A stretch of DNA of 64,000 bases from Octopus sinensis (Eukaryota), in the NCBI RefSeq assembly GCF_006345805.1, contig NC_043002.1, positions 113,522,001 through 113,586,000 on the forward strand. Reading direction: 5' to 3'. A model generated the notes under the pieces. The model was given only the letters and a program-made list of their open reading frames with translations, was not told the DNA's origin and did no database searches. A program made the position numbers and the translations under genes. Below, piece after piece: positions 13,986 to 27,529 of this stretch. Each line of letters opens with the position of its first letter. Position 1 is the stretch's first letter.

Positions 13986-14301
13986 TTAACCCTTTCGTTA
14001 CCAAGCCGCCCGAATTTACCTATTCATATTTAAATGAGAATATCAGAGCAAATCTCTTTAGTACATTCGTGAAAACACGTATTATACTTCGTAAACACTT
14101 CAACTACAGTTTTGTACAAAAATCGAAGTGTAATTTTAATTCCGTGAATTATGGGAGATTTTTTTCCGAAATTGTTCCTATTGTGTTTTCAAAATTTGTA
14201 ATTCTGACAAAAAATGGATACGAATTTCATTATATCAAGCAGCGAGTCAGAATTCGAAGGATTTTCTACAGAAGACCTTCATAAATCTAACTCTATGACT
14301 G
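13986..14301 (+). mobile_element. piggyBac-like element, left end and start of transposase, truncated
   Basis: TTAA followed by CCCTTTCGTTACC; downstream ATG frame MDTNFIISSSESEFEGFSTED resembles the acidic N-terminus of piggyBac transposases. No right TIR seen. Confidence 0.5.
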
Positions 14302-14315
14302 AAAAAAAAAAAGCA

Positions 14316-14708
14316 TCTTTATATAAGAGTGAAGTTGTGTGTCTGTCTCCTACGATTTAGATTCCTAACTACTCCCACATTTTGCGGTGCAGTTTAACCA
14401 AAAGCGGGTATCTTATAGTCGTGATTCATATCGAGCCCTTCTGGGTATTAGCGTGCGTCTACGATGAGTTTACGATTTTAAAAAAATTTACCATCATATT
14501 TTTCCATTTTAATGCATTTTTTCGCTTTTATATAAGGGAAGTAACTCTCTAAAAATATCTACGATGTGTCAACGATTTAAAAATAATTTACCTTAATTTT
14601 TTTTCAATTTTTAATGCATTTTTTTGCTACTTTTTGGCTATAACTCTCTAAAAATGCTTATATAGTTATTTCCCTTACAACCCGAGCAACGCCGGGCGAT
14701 ATTGCTAG
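14316..14708 (+). mobile_element. Non-autonomous Helitron family H-A
   Basis: 5' TC after A; 3' hairpin cccgagcaacgccggg followed by CTAG then T; no TSD; internal subrepeats. Confidence 0.9.
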
Positions 14709-14849
14709 TAATTATATATATGTGACACGTACTTAAAGTAAAGGTTCAGACATGAAAAAACATTCGCTGCGAAAATTGTGCCGGGAGAAAGTTCTCCTTA
14801 CAAACAACGTGTGTGTGAAAACACATCAACGGTATAAGTATGACGACAT

Positions 14850-14940
14850 CAGACGGTAAGGCGCATGCGCTTCTACGTCATTAATCTTCATTAATGAGTT
14901 ATGACTGACGAATTCGTTCCGATGACGTCATTAATACCCC
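14850..14940. promoter_or_regulatory. Candidate promoter/enhancer motif cluster
   Basis: Perfect GCGCATGCGC (NRF1/Ewg-type, 14861..14870) and perfect TGACGTCA (CRE, 14923..14930) in CpG-containing sequence not repeated elsewhere in the window. Confidence 0.3.
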
Positions 14941-15033
14941 AGTGATGTGTCTTCTCATACATTGTAAGACGAATCTTTAGCAAAGATCATTCCACATCAT
15001 AGTGTACACGAACGTATTAAATATGATTGTATA

Positions 15034-15072
<39 letters not shown>

Positions 15073-15075
<3 letters not shown>

Positions 15076-15470
15076 GGTGTGTGGTAAGAAGCTTGCTTCC
15101 TAACCATATGGTTCCGAGTTCAGTCCCACTGCGTGGCACCTTGGCCAGATGTCTTCTATCAAAGCCTCGGGCCGACCAAAAGCCTTGTGAATGGATTTGG
15201 TAGACGGAAAGTGCAAGAAATCCATCGTATATACGTGTGTGTATGTGTGTATGTATGTGTGTGTGTGTATATTTATCCCCTCATCACCACTTGACAATCA
15301 GTGTTAGTGTGGTTACGTCCCCGTAACTTAGCGGTCTCGCAAAAGATACCGATAGAATAAGTACTAGGCTTAAAAAAAGTACGCCTTGGGGTCGATTTGT
15401 TCGACTAAAATCCTACGATGCGGTGCTCCAGCATGACCGCAGCCAAATGACTGAAACAAACAAAAGAATA
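15073..15470 (+). mobile_element. SINE family B
   Basis: Head, internal (TG/TA)n and tail all match other family B copies. Confidence 0.9.
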
Positions 15471-17457
15471 TATATATATTCATGCTCAATTTGACAGTTT
15501 GCATAAAGAAGAAATTGCAATATTCTATTCAAAAATAAACGAGTGTGTATCCTATGAAATAGGATCTCAAGTAGTAATCAAACATAAATCAATATTTCGA
15601 ATAAACTCTTTATCGATCCAAGTTGACAATTGGTGTTTGTTCTAAATATGAAAAGCGGAAAAATTGAAATCAGTTTCGTTGATGGTGGCACAAAACAGAG
15701 AGGGAATGGACAAATTTACAAAAAGTTGCATTTTAGGTCTTCTCTTTTAATTAATTTTTGCTAAGACAAATGTTTTGTATGAGTATGTGCGTGTGTGTTC
15801 GAAGTGAAAAGCAATTACAAACATATGATTAAATCCCTTCAGAGACAAAAAAAAAAGTTAATAGATTCTTTAAAAAATTACATAAAGCAGAAACCAAACC
15901 GAAAGGAAAACCGTCAAAATTAATACCATTCTCGAAGAGGAAATTTTATTGTTTTTTTTTCTTACTCGACAGAACTGACAGAAAAACCCTATTTAAATTC
16001 AAACGAAAGAAATAAAAAAGAAGCAATATATATGTGTGTGTGTGTGTGTGTATAAAGAAATCAGATCTCTCCATCTCCAGAGAATTTCATCCATAGCAAG
16101 TGAAAAAGACGTGTTTCGTACTCCACCCAAAAAAATAAATACATAAATATATACGTACATTCATTATCGCAGCCATATTGTTAACAAGTGAGTTCTGTGT
16201 TGTGGTATTACAGAAATGTAACCTCAAACAACGCATGTTTTTTCTATCGCTCAATATTCAAGACATTTTATAGTATCCTTTCATATTTGATTTCCTCCTA
16301 CTTCACCTCTATTTAGCTTCTCCTTCTTCTTCTTCGCCTCACCTCCTTCTGCCCCTCGGTCTTTTTGAAAGATCACTCACGACTTCTACCAAAGTTATAT
16401 CATTTTCTTTGTATACTTCTGTTTTGTTCCCCGCATTCTTTTTTTCTTTCTTTCTATCTTATAGTTAATCCCATTTGATCCCATTTTCTTCCTTTATATT
16501 CCTTATATCGGCTTCCAAAATATAACTCAGTGTTTTTTAATCTACTTAACACAACTCCTCGGCATTTGGCATATCTGACGAAGAAAAATTTAGGTTAACA
16601 GAGCATTTTCTTCACAAACCACGAAAGACGGACGTGGCAAACGTGGCCAAGGTAAAAGGTTATAAGCAGAATGAATGGCTTAATAAAAAGGATAAACATT
16701 TAACTTCACCATGCATTTGTTCTTAGGTCAGATATCTGTTGTGAATAACAAATCTACTCCCAGCTGAACCTAACCTCCCAGTATCGCCACAATTGACAGC
16801 ATGAAACGGGTAAAAACAATGTGTTTGTTCCCGTCAGCTAAATGACTTTAGTTGATTGAAGCGAGTCTTCGCCCACGACCAATATGATGTAACAGTCCAA
16901 AAGGCAATTTTCTTTTGTGAATAAGAAACAGGAATAGAAAGGCACAAGTATCAGGATAATTGATATTAATTCTGTTATATAAAGAATAAATTAATTTAAG
17001 GAAAAATACCATTTCAATTCCTCTTCTGTGAAACAAAAATTTATCAATCTGGATTTAAAAACAAGGATTTATCACTATCGATTGAGCATATGAGAGTAAT
17101 GGCGTAATTAAAAATCCGCTTCGCAACTACATGAGAAAGTGTCTTCTGTAAAACTCGAGTTGATTAATATCTTATGAGGCGGGATTTAGTAGCTGGAATC
17201 TGTGCAGAATCCCATCATATATGGGGTGCGAGGGTGTATGTGCGTCTTTTACCGATGTAAAAGACACAAAGGCAAGTAGATTGACAAAGTACTTGGCGAT
17301 AATTGTGCTGCACCAATTCACAGACACTCACTTCGCCAGAAGTGCAGTGAGCTTGAAATTTTCAGGTAGCAACCTGTTACTAACGACGTTATTGTTTACT
17401 ATTTGCGATATAAAATAAATAATAAACCAAACAGTGGAGACTCCTCTGCATTGATTA

Positions 17458-19538
17458 CCAGTGGGCAACAAAAAACAAAAGATTTATTGTCTGCTACCCA
17501 GACAAATGGTACCGTACTAGACTAAATCGAGTACGCTGATTCCGAATCTGAACTCAGAATTGCTGTAGCACGTCAGGGTTTTGAGTTTTGCGCATAATTA
17601 TACATTAATACTATATTAGAATCAGGAATAGTTAAGTTCAAGGTAGATAATCACGAACAGCACCAAGATTCATTGGGAAAAAAATCGAGATGAGAATGCA
17701 AGAAGAACATTTTAAGGGACATTCGACATCTCACTCTTTCGCACGCTTTTAGCATGTTGCTTATTAAATCAGCATAGTTTTCAACTCTATGATCTCTAAG
17801 AAAGTTTTGTACAACTAACATAAATGAATCCTGTGCTGTCAGCTCAACCGAATTCAGTTTACCTCTGAATTTACCATCAGATATCAATTCTCCGATCTCG
17901 GGTCCAGTGAAAATGCCTGCTTTCAGTTTTGCGTCGCTTTTCTCTGTACCAACTTTTACTTTTAGGTACTGGAATCCACAACCATCGTGTGTCATTGCTT
18001 TTACGGAGTTTTTCATAAGGCCGAGTTTGATGTGAAGGGGTGGAAGGAAGGTCTTTCACGAGTCTACCAGTGGCATATGCTGCACATTGTACCGACCAAC
18101 TATGCGCTAATCTCTTTTAGACAAGTCTTTTACAGTGTAATGATTGCTGTCGTCGCGGCTGTTCCAAACACACAAGAGGCACATATTTTTGGTATATCCT
18201 AGCTGCAGTCCCAGGAGGAGAGAAATCACCTTTAAATCACCACAAATATTTCACTTGTGAACTGAGTAATTAACTCCTTTCAGAAAGAGTTCCATCGATT
18301 CATAATTTTCTTCCATACCGACAGCATGACGCACAGGAATGGAAGGTTTCTCATAATCATTATGTAACTTTCAGGCTAACCTTACTCGAGTCTATAAACA
18401 ATCTCCATTCGTTAGCCATATGCACGTGTCCTAGTTTTTGCATGAGTGCATTGACGTCAGTACAGAAACGAGCATTATTTTCTTGCTTGAAAAAGACAGA
18501 TTGCGGGAGCGGAAAATGGAAATTTTCGTACCTAGCTGTAGGAGATTCCGTTGTTGTGCTTTGGATCCCAAAACTTCTACCCTCGCCTTTGACAATGCTA
18601 ACTCTCTTATTAAATCGTTCAAATCTTCTTGATTAAACTAGCCTGGCTCATTTTTCTTAGAATCATCTACGTACGTCGACAGGAGAGTCAGGGATTTCAT
18701 CGTGCGACATGTCAAGATTCTCAAGTGAAGCATGTGAGAGGGAAATGGGACAGGGTTCTCGAAGTCACGTGGGAAAGGTTTTAGAGCCAACTTACAATCT
18801 GCATACACAATTTTTGCTTTGGTCTTCTTTGAGAAACCACTAGTATTAGTCATGCAAAACTAACAATCAGAGACATGATTGGTTGGCTCACGCAAAAGGC
18901 ATTCCCTTCCGTTTTCCATTCAGCCACTGTGTAAACCCCGAGCAACACACGGTGCAGCATATATGAGGTGCCCACCTGTTGTCTTGGTCCCCACTTTACA
19001 CCCGAAATAATATTTACAGGCAGTTTTTAATTTAGTGACAATGTTCCTCCGCTGGTCACGCGGAGCAAATTTTCCACATACTTAATGGAAGTTGTCTGAG
19101 TGATTCACACAGCCTCTCCTGTTCATGATCCTACACAGGGAACACAGTTAAAGCAGTAATCACGCAGAGCGAGCGATACACATGCCACCCATGACGGCAG
19201 CACAAATGACACTGAGAGTTACCAAGAACAAACTGACGTATTTGGGATTTGCACACACTACGTCAGCGCCATCTATTGCTAAACTAAATAATGAACTTTG
19301 TCATCGTTTGTTTTATTGCTGTTATTTCTTTAATTTTGAATTAAGACCGCTTTCAATTTAGCAAATTTTATAATACGGCCTACATCTAGCCGAAAGTATA
19401 GTTATAATTTTGCGCATGCACATCACTCAAAATCCTGACTTGCTAGAACAATTCTGAGTGCGGATTTGGAATCAGCATCCACGATTTAGTCTAAAACACC
19501 TGCTTTTACCCCAGAAGCAAAATCTTTGTTGTCCAGTG
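17458..19538 (-). mobile_element. Complete decayed Chapaev3-like (CMC) DNA transposon
   Basis: TTA on both sides (17455..17457, 19539..19541); about 130-bp imperfect TIRs (right end reads CACTGGACAACAAAG on minus). Transposase motifs GDQDNRWAPHICC..WLNG..MPF..REPTNHVSDC.FC, CLLCVWNSR, LPPLHIKLGLMKN, SDAKLKAGIFTGPEI, MSLKMFFLHSHLDFFP. C-terminus deleted. Confidence 0.85.
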
Positions 19539-19899
19539 TTATGAGACAACAGAAAAAAATATATTATTAGTACTTATTTTAATGTCCACTGAGGGATCAC
19601 AAGTAAAGTCGACGCTGGATGGATTTAAATGCCCAACTATGTACTAGTAATTCCTTTTAACCAGTATTGTTTTGATTCTGTCTTGATTCCGCCCCGGACC
19701 ATATCCCTGCTCATTGCTATCGCGGGAATTGGGAGATGGTTATCTGCAAGTGCGAGCCCCGTGAGTCAGAGTGACTGTTCCAGCGCATCTCCCCTCGCCA
19801 TCTTCTCCGGCAACACCTTTTCCATTTTGTCTGCTGGAACCATGAGGCGGTCTGGATTACAGGAAATCGAGAGAATGTAAGAATTCGTAGTTTTCTTTG

Positions 19900-20471
19900 T
19901 CTTGAGACAGCATTCACCCGGGGTGGGTTGAGCTGGCTTCATTCATCCTCAATGCTGTATCTCTCACAAACGCCGACCAGACCTGGCGATTTGAGGCTAA
20001 CGGCCGCGTGATCTCCAACCACTCCTTATTCCAGCGGCGAACGCCGTAGATATGGGGGCCTAGGTTGGGTTCAAGACCAGCCTTGACCGTCATCAGCCAG
20101 GTTTTTCGCTGTCCACCACATCACTTTCGCCAACCCTGAAGGGGAGCTGGGGCAATTGCTTCGTAGATGAATTCTCCTGGTTGACGACGGAGGGCATGAC
20201 CCAGCCAACGCAGACGTCTCGTTAGGATGACTTGTCGGAGGGAGGTGATTCTGCACTGGTGTCGCACCGAATTGTTGGAGGCAAAGTGATGCCATCGGAC
20301 ACGAAGGATACGGCGTAGACAGAGGTGATCGAAGGATTCTAGTCGCTTAATATCTTCCACCTTCATCGGCCATGACTCGCTGCCGTAAAGGAGAATCGTT
20401 CGCACTAGTGCTTGGTAGATCCGTACTTTGGTGATGCGTCGGATCTCAGATCTTGACCAGAGTCGTAGCTT
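19900..20471 (-). mobile_element. RTE-clade LINE 3' end
   Basis: KLRLWSRSEIRRITKVRIYQALVRTILLYGSESW..RLESFDHLCLRRILRVRW..RRLRWLGHALR..GGQRKTW; short 3' tail. Confidence 0.9.
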
Positions 20472-21489
20472 ACTACACGAACAATAAACTTAATTTCATT
20501 TCATCTACGTGTTCTCATTTAAACTTAATTTACCTCATCCTCTACACTAAATATAAATAAGCTATTAAGAAGTGTGCAGTGGATTCGGCTTTTCCTAATG
20601 ATTTAATTGTTTGCTTTTTAATGAGAAGTATTTCCTGTCTCTTCTCTCCTCGCTCAACCTGTCTTCTTTCTCAAACCTGGCATTAACCACGAATACCTTT
20701 CCACCTCAGAACATCACTTACTGGAATTTCCTTCAAGCTTATATTGTTGTTATTGTTTAGTCCTAAATCTACTTTGATCGAACAGACTTGTAATTTAAGA
20801 CACCGCAACACAAACCATTCCATCTTTCTGGGACTTTGTAAGACTATATAATGTAAAGTTTTATTCATTTAAAACACAATAGGATATAATAAGAGGGTGT
20901 TTGGCTGCTATTTCCATAAATTTACATGACGATGTAAAATACATCGACTTGCAGCAGTTCAAAATGAAAATCAACCATAAAAATCTGACTAATATCGGAT
21001 GGAATGCAAAGCCCATGGACACAGTCTATTCCTCCTAACTATTATTTAAAAAATGCTTCAAACAGATTATTATAATGGTTTCATTTAGTTCCTTAAATGA
21101 ACTTGTTTCAAGTCATTTCTGAATTATATTATGCTATCCGACTGCAACAGTTTTTAAAGAATTTTTATTTCAATTTTATTGTTTACTTCTTTCGTAGCCC
21201 ATCTTTAACCGTCACTTGAACGTTTTTATTTATTCATTTCGTTATAGCTTTTTCGGCCAACTTCAAAACTTCATTTCACAATCGGGTTGACTTATTGCTT
21301 CACCTGCCTCCTCTTCTCTTGTTGGACAACATACATTCTTGTGTGCATTACTTATCTGTAGCTGTTTGGCAAATTTTACCGCAATTTAGCAAACTTTTTT
21401 CACTATCATTGTACTTGTTTTATTGAGGCTAGATATGTTTTCCTTTTATGCGTCTTCAGTTGAAAAATGATGTCTCGCGATATTCATTT

Positions 21490-21650
21490 TTGTTCTTGAT
21501 CTTTAAGTTCTGAGTTTAAATCCAGTCAAGGTCCTTTTCGTCCTTTTAGGATCAACAAAGTAAAGCATCAGTCAAATACAAGGGTCGATTTAAATCTACT
21601 GACTACTTCTCCCTATAATTGCTGGCCCTGTGGTTAAATCAGAAACGATT
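21490..21650 (+). mobile_element. SINE family A, diverged
   Basis: gttctgagtttaaatccagtcaaggtcc..gggtcgatt..gctggccctgtgg. Confidence 0.65.
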
Positions 21651-21999
21651 ATTACTGGGGAGAAAGAGTGGAGAAAACCAATGAAATGCTGGACTAATTT
21701 TCTCTCTTTGCATTCTGAGTTCAAATCCTTCTGCCATTAACAGAATATGTCCTGAGTATGTTCTTGGGTAGATTCAACTAACTTTACTCCTACCCAACAA
21801 ATCTGAGGTGCGCGCCAATGTAAGTGAACACTATTGTGAACCAGTGTTTTCCCAACTTCAGTTATTACCATAACGTTGATAATTCTCTTGGGAGTCGCTT
21901 GGCCCTCACATAGTCCCCCCACTATTTTGACAATTCTCGTTTAGAATCATGTAGGGTTTTTATGTATATATTTATACAAGGCTATACAATGAAGGTAGA

Positions 22000-22320
22000 G
22001 GTACAATGGCCCAGTGGTTAGGGCAGTGGACTTGCTGTCGTAGGATCGCGGTTTCGATCCCCCAGACCGGGCGTTGTGAGTGTTTAGTGAGCGAAAACAC
22101 CTGAGGCTTCACCACAACTTTCTCTCACTCTTTCTGTTGTACCTGTATTTCGAAGGGCCAGGCTTGTCACACTCTGTGTCACGCTGAATATCCCCGAGAA
22201 CTACGTTAAGAGTACAAGTGTCTTTGGAGTGCTCAGCCACTTACACGCTAATTTCACGAGAAGGCTGTTCAGTTGTTCGGATCAACTGGAACCCTCGCCG
22301 TCGTAACCGACGGAGTTCCG
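22000..22320 (+). mobile_element. SINE family C with internal deletion
   Basis: A and B boxes and family C 3' end present. Confidence 0.85.
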
Positions 22321-22949
22321 CAATAAAACGAAGAGACTTTTGTGAGGTTTTAACAGCGCTGCATACGAGACCTTATCATAACCTCTTTAATATGCAGAGA
22401 ACTAGCTGTAATAGGACACATAAAAAAAACTATAGCTAACTATTTGAGATCGTTTCACTTGGTGAGCATGAGAGGATAAACTATAAATGCAAAATACAAC
22501 CTATTGTGTTGCGTCGAGGCGTTGACCTTTAGTTTCAACTAAAATACTATCAAAAGAATAGAGGCAAATTTAAACAACTCGATTAGTATAATAACAGTAT
22601 TTAAGAGTGACTTGAAATGTTCCAAAAACTTTTACATTTTACTGTTAACGCCCTCTGAAAGTTTTTAGGGCAACAACCATCTTTGAAGCAAAAATAAATG
22701 GGGTCAATTAAAATAATTTTAAAGCCAAATCAAGGCACAAGTAGACAGAATTTTTAAATTTTGAAGTATTATGAAGTATTATAAAGTCATTAGCTACAAT
22801 GACAGTCGATTTTTAAATTTTAATAATCCAGTTCACCTAGATATAAAGGAATAAGATGAGGCGTTTCACCACTGTAACCATCAAAAGTGCTGCTTGTAGA
22901 GTGTTTCGTTCATGTCGTCCTACGTACGGGTGTGTAGCATGATAGAAGT

Positions 22950-23303
22950 GGTGGAAGCACTCCGTCGGTTACGACGATGAGGGTTCCGGTTGATCCGAGT
23001 CAACGGAACAGCCTGCTCGTGAAATTTACGTGTAAGTGGCCGAGCACTCCACAGTCACGTGTACCCTTAACGCAGTGACACAGAGAGTGACAAGGCCGGC
23101 CCTTTGAAATACAGGTACAACAGAAACAGGAAGTAAGAGTGAGAGAAAGTTGTGGTGAAAGAGTACAGCAGGGATCACCACCATCCCCTGCCGGAGCCTC
23201 GTGGAGCTTTGGGTGTTTTCGCTCAATAAACACTCACAACGCCCGGTCTGGGAATCGAAACCGCGAGTCCGCTGCCCTAACCACTGGGCCATTGCGCCTC
23301 CAC
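22950..23303 (-). mobile_element. SINE family C with TSD
   Basis: TSD catgatagaagt at 22938..22949 and 23304..23315. Confidence 0.92.
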
Positions 23304-23400
23304 CATGATAGAAGTACTCACTATACGGTTCTATTTTACCAGTTCTATCCCTCAACATAAATTATTGAAACAAAGATTTAATATTTATATATCACAGCAA

Positions 23401-23618
23401 GGCGGTTCATTGGCAGAAACATTAGCACACTGGGGGAAAATGTTTATCGGCATTTCGCCCCATCTTTTCGTTCTGAGTTCAAATTCCGTCGATGTCGACT
23501 TTGCCTTTTATCCCTTTCAGGGTCGATAACATAAGTATCAGTTGAGTACTGGGGTCAATGTAATCGACTTAATCCTTTCCACGAACCTGCTGGCCTTGTG
23601 CCAAAATTTGAAACCAAT
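23401..23618 (+). mobile_element. SINE family A (tail type gctggccttgtgccaaaatttgaaacc)
   Basis: Full head plus alternative tail. Confidence 0.85.
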
Positions 23619-24058
23619 ATCACAGACACTATTTTACGTGACAGTTTGTATCTGTTCAATGATAATAAATATTGATTAATTCATGATATGAAAATTTACG
23701 GAGTTAACGAAGAGGAAATCAGTTCGCCAATTTGAATTTCCGATAGCATATCTCTTGCTACAAAATCTTTTACAGAGAAATACTTCAGAGGAGAAACAAG
23801 AGTTTATCACGCTCATAGCTTTTCAAAAAGTCATTTACGATGTGAGTAAAGCAACTGAGTCGGTTTTCTGAACTAGAAGAGAAGAAGAAAAATACTGTGT
23901 CATATTTATGTCTTTCTGATGGATTTTAGCAAATCAATATTCCCCAGGAATCAAAATCATGTCATTCTTGGTTTATCAACTTCGTCTCGATTAAAACTAC
24001 ATACACACACCACACACACACATACATATATATATATACCATTCGTCTTATCTAACAG

Positions 24059-24093
<35 letters not shown>

Positions 24094-25319
24094 TGATGGA
24101 GAGAGAGATTTGTGTCCTGATAGTTGAATATTTAAGTGTAGGCTTCTATACTTTGGTAAAGAGAGAATTAAAAGACACAGTTACTTATTTCTGTCAATAT
24201 ATAGATTAAGGAACATAGTCTATTTATGTCAGTTTCTGAATATTGTTAGGCCACAACTTTAACATTAATTAATGGCGTTTAAATCACTCTATCCTTATTA
24301 GCTGGTGACCCAACCGCTCCACTTTGCCATTTTGATTATAGATGCTTCGACTTGGATTACGAATAGTTATTTTAAGTAACAAAAAAGAAAATTAACCACT
24401 GCCATGTATAGTACCATCAAAGAAAAATGTTTTCAATCATTTTTTTTTTATCAGAAATTTTTTGTGCGGTGGGAGTTGTTTGTTTTATTTTTTATTTGCT
24501 CTGCTTTGGGTTTTTTTTTCTCCTAATGGAAACGTGTTTGTTGAGCGAAACTGCCTTCTTCAAGAATGATGTTAAATGCTACGTTGGCAGCAGATCAAAG
24601 ATAACCTTCCTGCTGAAGAAAAAAACACATGTAACATCTAACAAAACAGATCTGACTGTACCTTTATGCTGGGAGAACAGTTTGCAAAGTATCGTAAACG
24701 TCTGTAACAAAGATCTAATATCATAATATACAGCCAACCAGATAGTAAGGGCCACGCCCATAACTTGTAGAGGAGATGTATGTATAGATTAAAGCGATTT
24801 TAGTTAATTTGATAACATTTTGTAGGTGTTTTTATCACAATTGTTTTATAATATAAGGTTCGGGGTTTAGCACTGTTACAAAAATAAATATAGACAATGT
24901 GGGTGGCAAAGTTTGTAATACATTAGACAATTGTTGTTGATATTCAGTTATGGGAAACCTACGAAGCAAAATTTGCAGAATTATAAAGCTTTGAGCAACC
25001 AGTTTATGAATCATAAGTTGTTATTTACTGCAGACATTTTATAATCAGTAAACCTAATTACATACCATTCAGTTCAAATGTCTATGAGAGAAATTAACCC
25101 GTAGTATAGTCACCGGTGGTAAACAAGCGCTGTATAAGACAGGTGAATTATTAAATCAGTGATAACCAACCCTTGTGATCCAAAGGACTTTCAAAGACAG
25201 TTGCCTATTTACCAATATTTACACGTAATACACGTAAGCAAATGTGTACAAGTGGTTGTTACTGACTTCGTGTAGACCGATTTTTGTGCTTACAAAAGGA
25301 CAAATAAATAAATTTCTAG

Positions 25320-25498
25320 ATTTGTGCACTATTCTCCATTCAAACAGTAATTTTAGGGAAACTGCAGACTTTCTTGGAGATTCTGTTAAACAGATACTGA
25401 AATTAGCGGTCGATATACAATTAGGCACCAGCAGACTTAAGGAATATAACGATATTTTAAACCAGAAATTCACAATTAATGTTTTTTCAATTTTTCAA
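25320..25498 (+). CDS. Candidate host coding exon, product unknown
   Basis: tttctag acceptor, open frame DLCTILHSNSNFRETADFLGDSVKQILKLAVDIQLGTSRLKEYNDILNQKF.., caa|gtgtga donor; sequence not repeated in the window; no homology recognised. Confidence 0.2.
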
Positions 25499-26540
25499 GT
25501 GTGAATTATAATTTTTCTTTTCTTTTCTTTTTTTTATCCCTTCATCATTAACTGTGTATTTAGCTAAATAAATATTTGCTTTTATATATATGAAAACTTA
25601 TGTATATGGCATATATGATTATATGGATTCGTTTCTCTTGGATACGATTGTTTTATGACAATGCAGATTTTATATCCTTCAAATATTCTCAATAAGTGAC
25701 GAAATAGTAGAAGCCACGAGAATTCGTTGTGTAAAAACGTTTTTTAATTATAAAATACAACGTAATAAGATCTATGTTTGATAAATTGTGACCCTAGCTT
25801 ATATGGGGAAACTATCAAATGGGATTAACTATGAGAAAGAAAGAAAGAAAAAAAGAATGCGGGGAACAAACAGAAGTATACAAAGAAAATGATATAATTT
25901 CGGTAAAAGTCGTGAGTGATCTTTCAAAAAGACTGAGGGGCAGAAGGAGGTGAGGCGAAGAAGAATTACAACTAATACAGCATTAGGTAATTGCTTTCTC
26001 ACAATTTTGACTAGCATTACTACAAGAATCTCTACGCTGAATTTGCTGACTAGATTTTACACACCGTGAACTACATGAACTAACTAATTCAAAAAGTTTG
26101 CTTGAAGCTTAGTAGATAGATATATGCAAGCGAAACAATCTAAATACTTTGAAATAAAGCCGAGTAATTTAGTTGAAATTCAAGAGAGATTTTTGGAAGA
26201 AAGATATGTCAAATTCTGATAATTTTCTAAATCAGATACATATCGTTGCTATTATGTTAAACTGTCGCATGTCCAAATTTGGCTAAATACGTTTTTTGGG
26301 GTTTTTTTTTCTTGTTTTCATTTTTGCTTGCAATAGCCGTTTCTTTTGGTCAAACTACCGTATCTCCGGCTGCTTCAGATGCCAAGATAACAACAATTGT
26401 CAAAGTGTAGTACAACGGTTTTCCTATGGAATGGGGAAATTATGTTTTTTTCGTTTTCTGAAAAAGTAACGTTTTGGACTTACGACACTTTTGCATAACA
26501 GCAACGAACATAATTTCGGTGAATATTGGGTAGAGAGAAA

Positions 26541-26746
26541 GCGGTGAGCTGGCAGAGTCGTTAGCACGTCGGGCTCAGCGGTATTTTGTCCATCTTTACG
26601 TTCTGAGTTCAAATTCCGCCGAGGTCGATTTTTGCCTTTCATCCCTTCGGGGTCGATAAAAGAAGTATCAGTTGAGCACTGACGTCAATGTAATCGACTT
26701 AAACCCCTTCCCTGAAATTGCTGGTCGTGTTCCAAAATTTGAGACC
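26541..26746 (+). mobile_element. SINE family A
   Basis: gcggtgagctggcagagtcgttagcacg head, core and tail. Confidence 0.88.
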
Positions 26747-27489
26747 GAAAAAAAAGTTTAAAAAAGTTGACGGAAGAAACAATTGATGAGTAATGACAAA
26801 CATTCAAGCCTCTGCACCCCCAGACAGCCACCGAAAGTTCTGTTTCTCCTAATCCAAACTTTCCGTATACTTCATCATGTCAATGTCAGTTCTTAAATGC
26901 CTGGGTGTATTATCTAGAATGGCGCTATGTTTGCTTTTTGCCTAAAAACATTCTTATCAACCATCAAAAAATTATTTTCTGTTTATTTTCCCACGTAAAG
27001 ATCTTTAATTATTTTATTGCTTGCGAGATACATTTTTTTTCTTTTTCTTTATATCTAATTTTCATCGGGTTTTTTTCCCTCTCTTCCTTATCCTATTTCT
27101 TCTCTTTTTCTAGAAATAGTAAGAGATGAAATAGTAAGCTATTTCTTCTCTTTCTCCTTTAAATATTTTTGTTCCTTAGTTTATTCTATTTTTTGTTTAT
27201 TTACTCACGTGAATCTCATGCTGAAGAAAAAAAATTGCTGGTCAGTAAAGAACTTGTGACTATTCATTTCGGTAAGTATTCTATAAATAACTGCCTAGTA
27301 ACTAAGTTTGAAAACGATTCTAACAGATGTTAATCATAGTAATGACCTAATTAATGTTTACATGACGGGTTGACATGGAAGGCTGCATTGTTCAGACAAG
27401 AGGGACCATTATAAACATGAATAACAAATCAACAGAAATTCTGTACGAAAATATAAAAACGTGATACAATATTAACAGACAAAAGCTCA

Positions 27490-27529
<40 letters not shown>

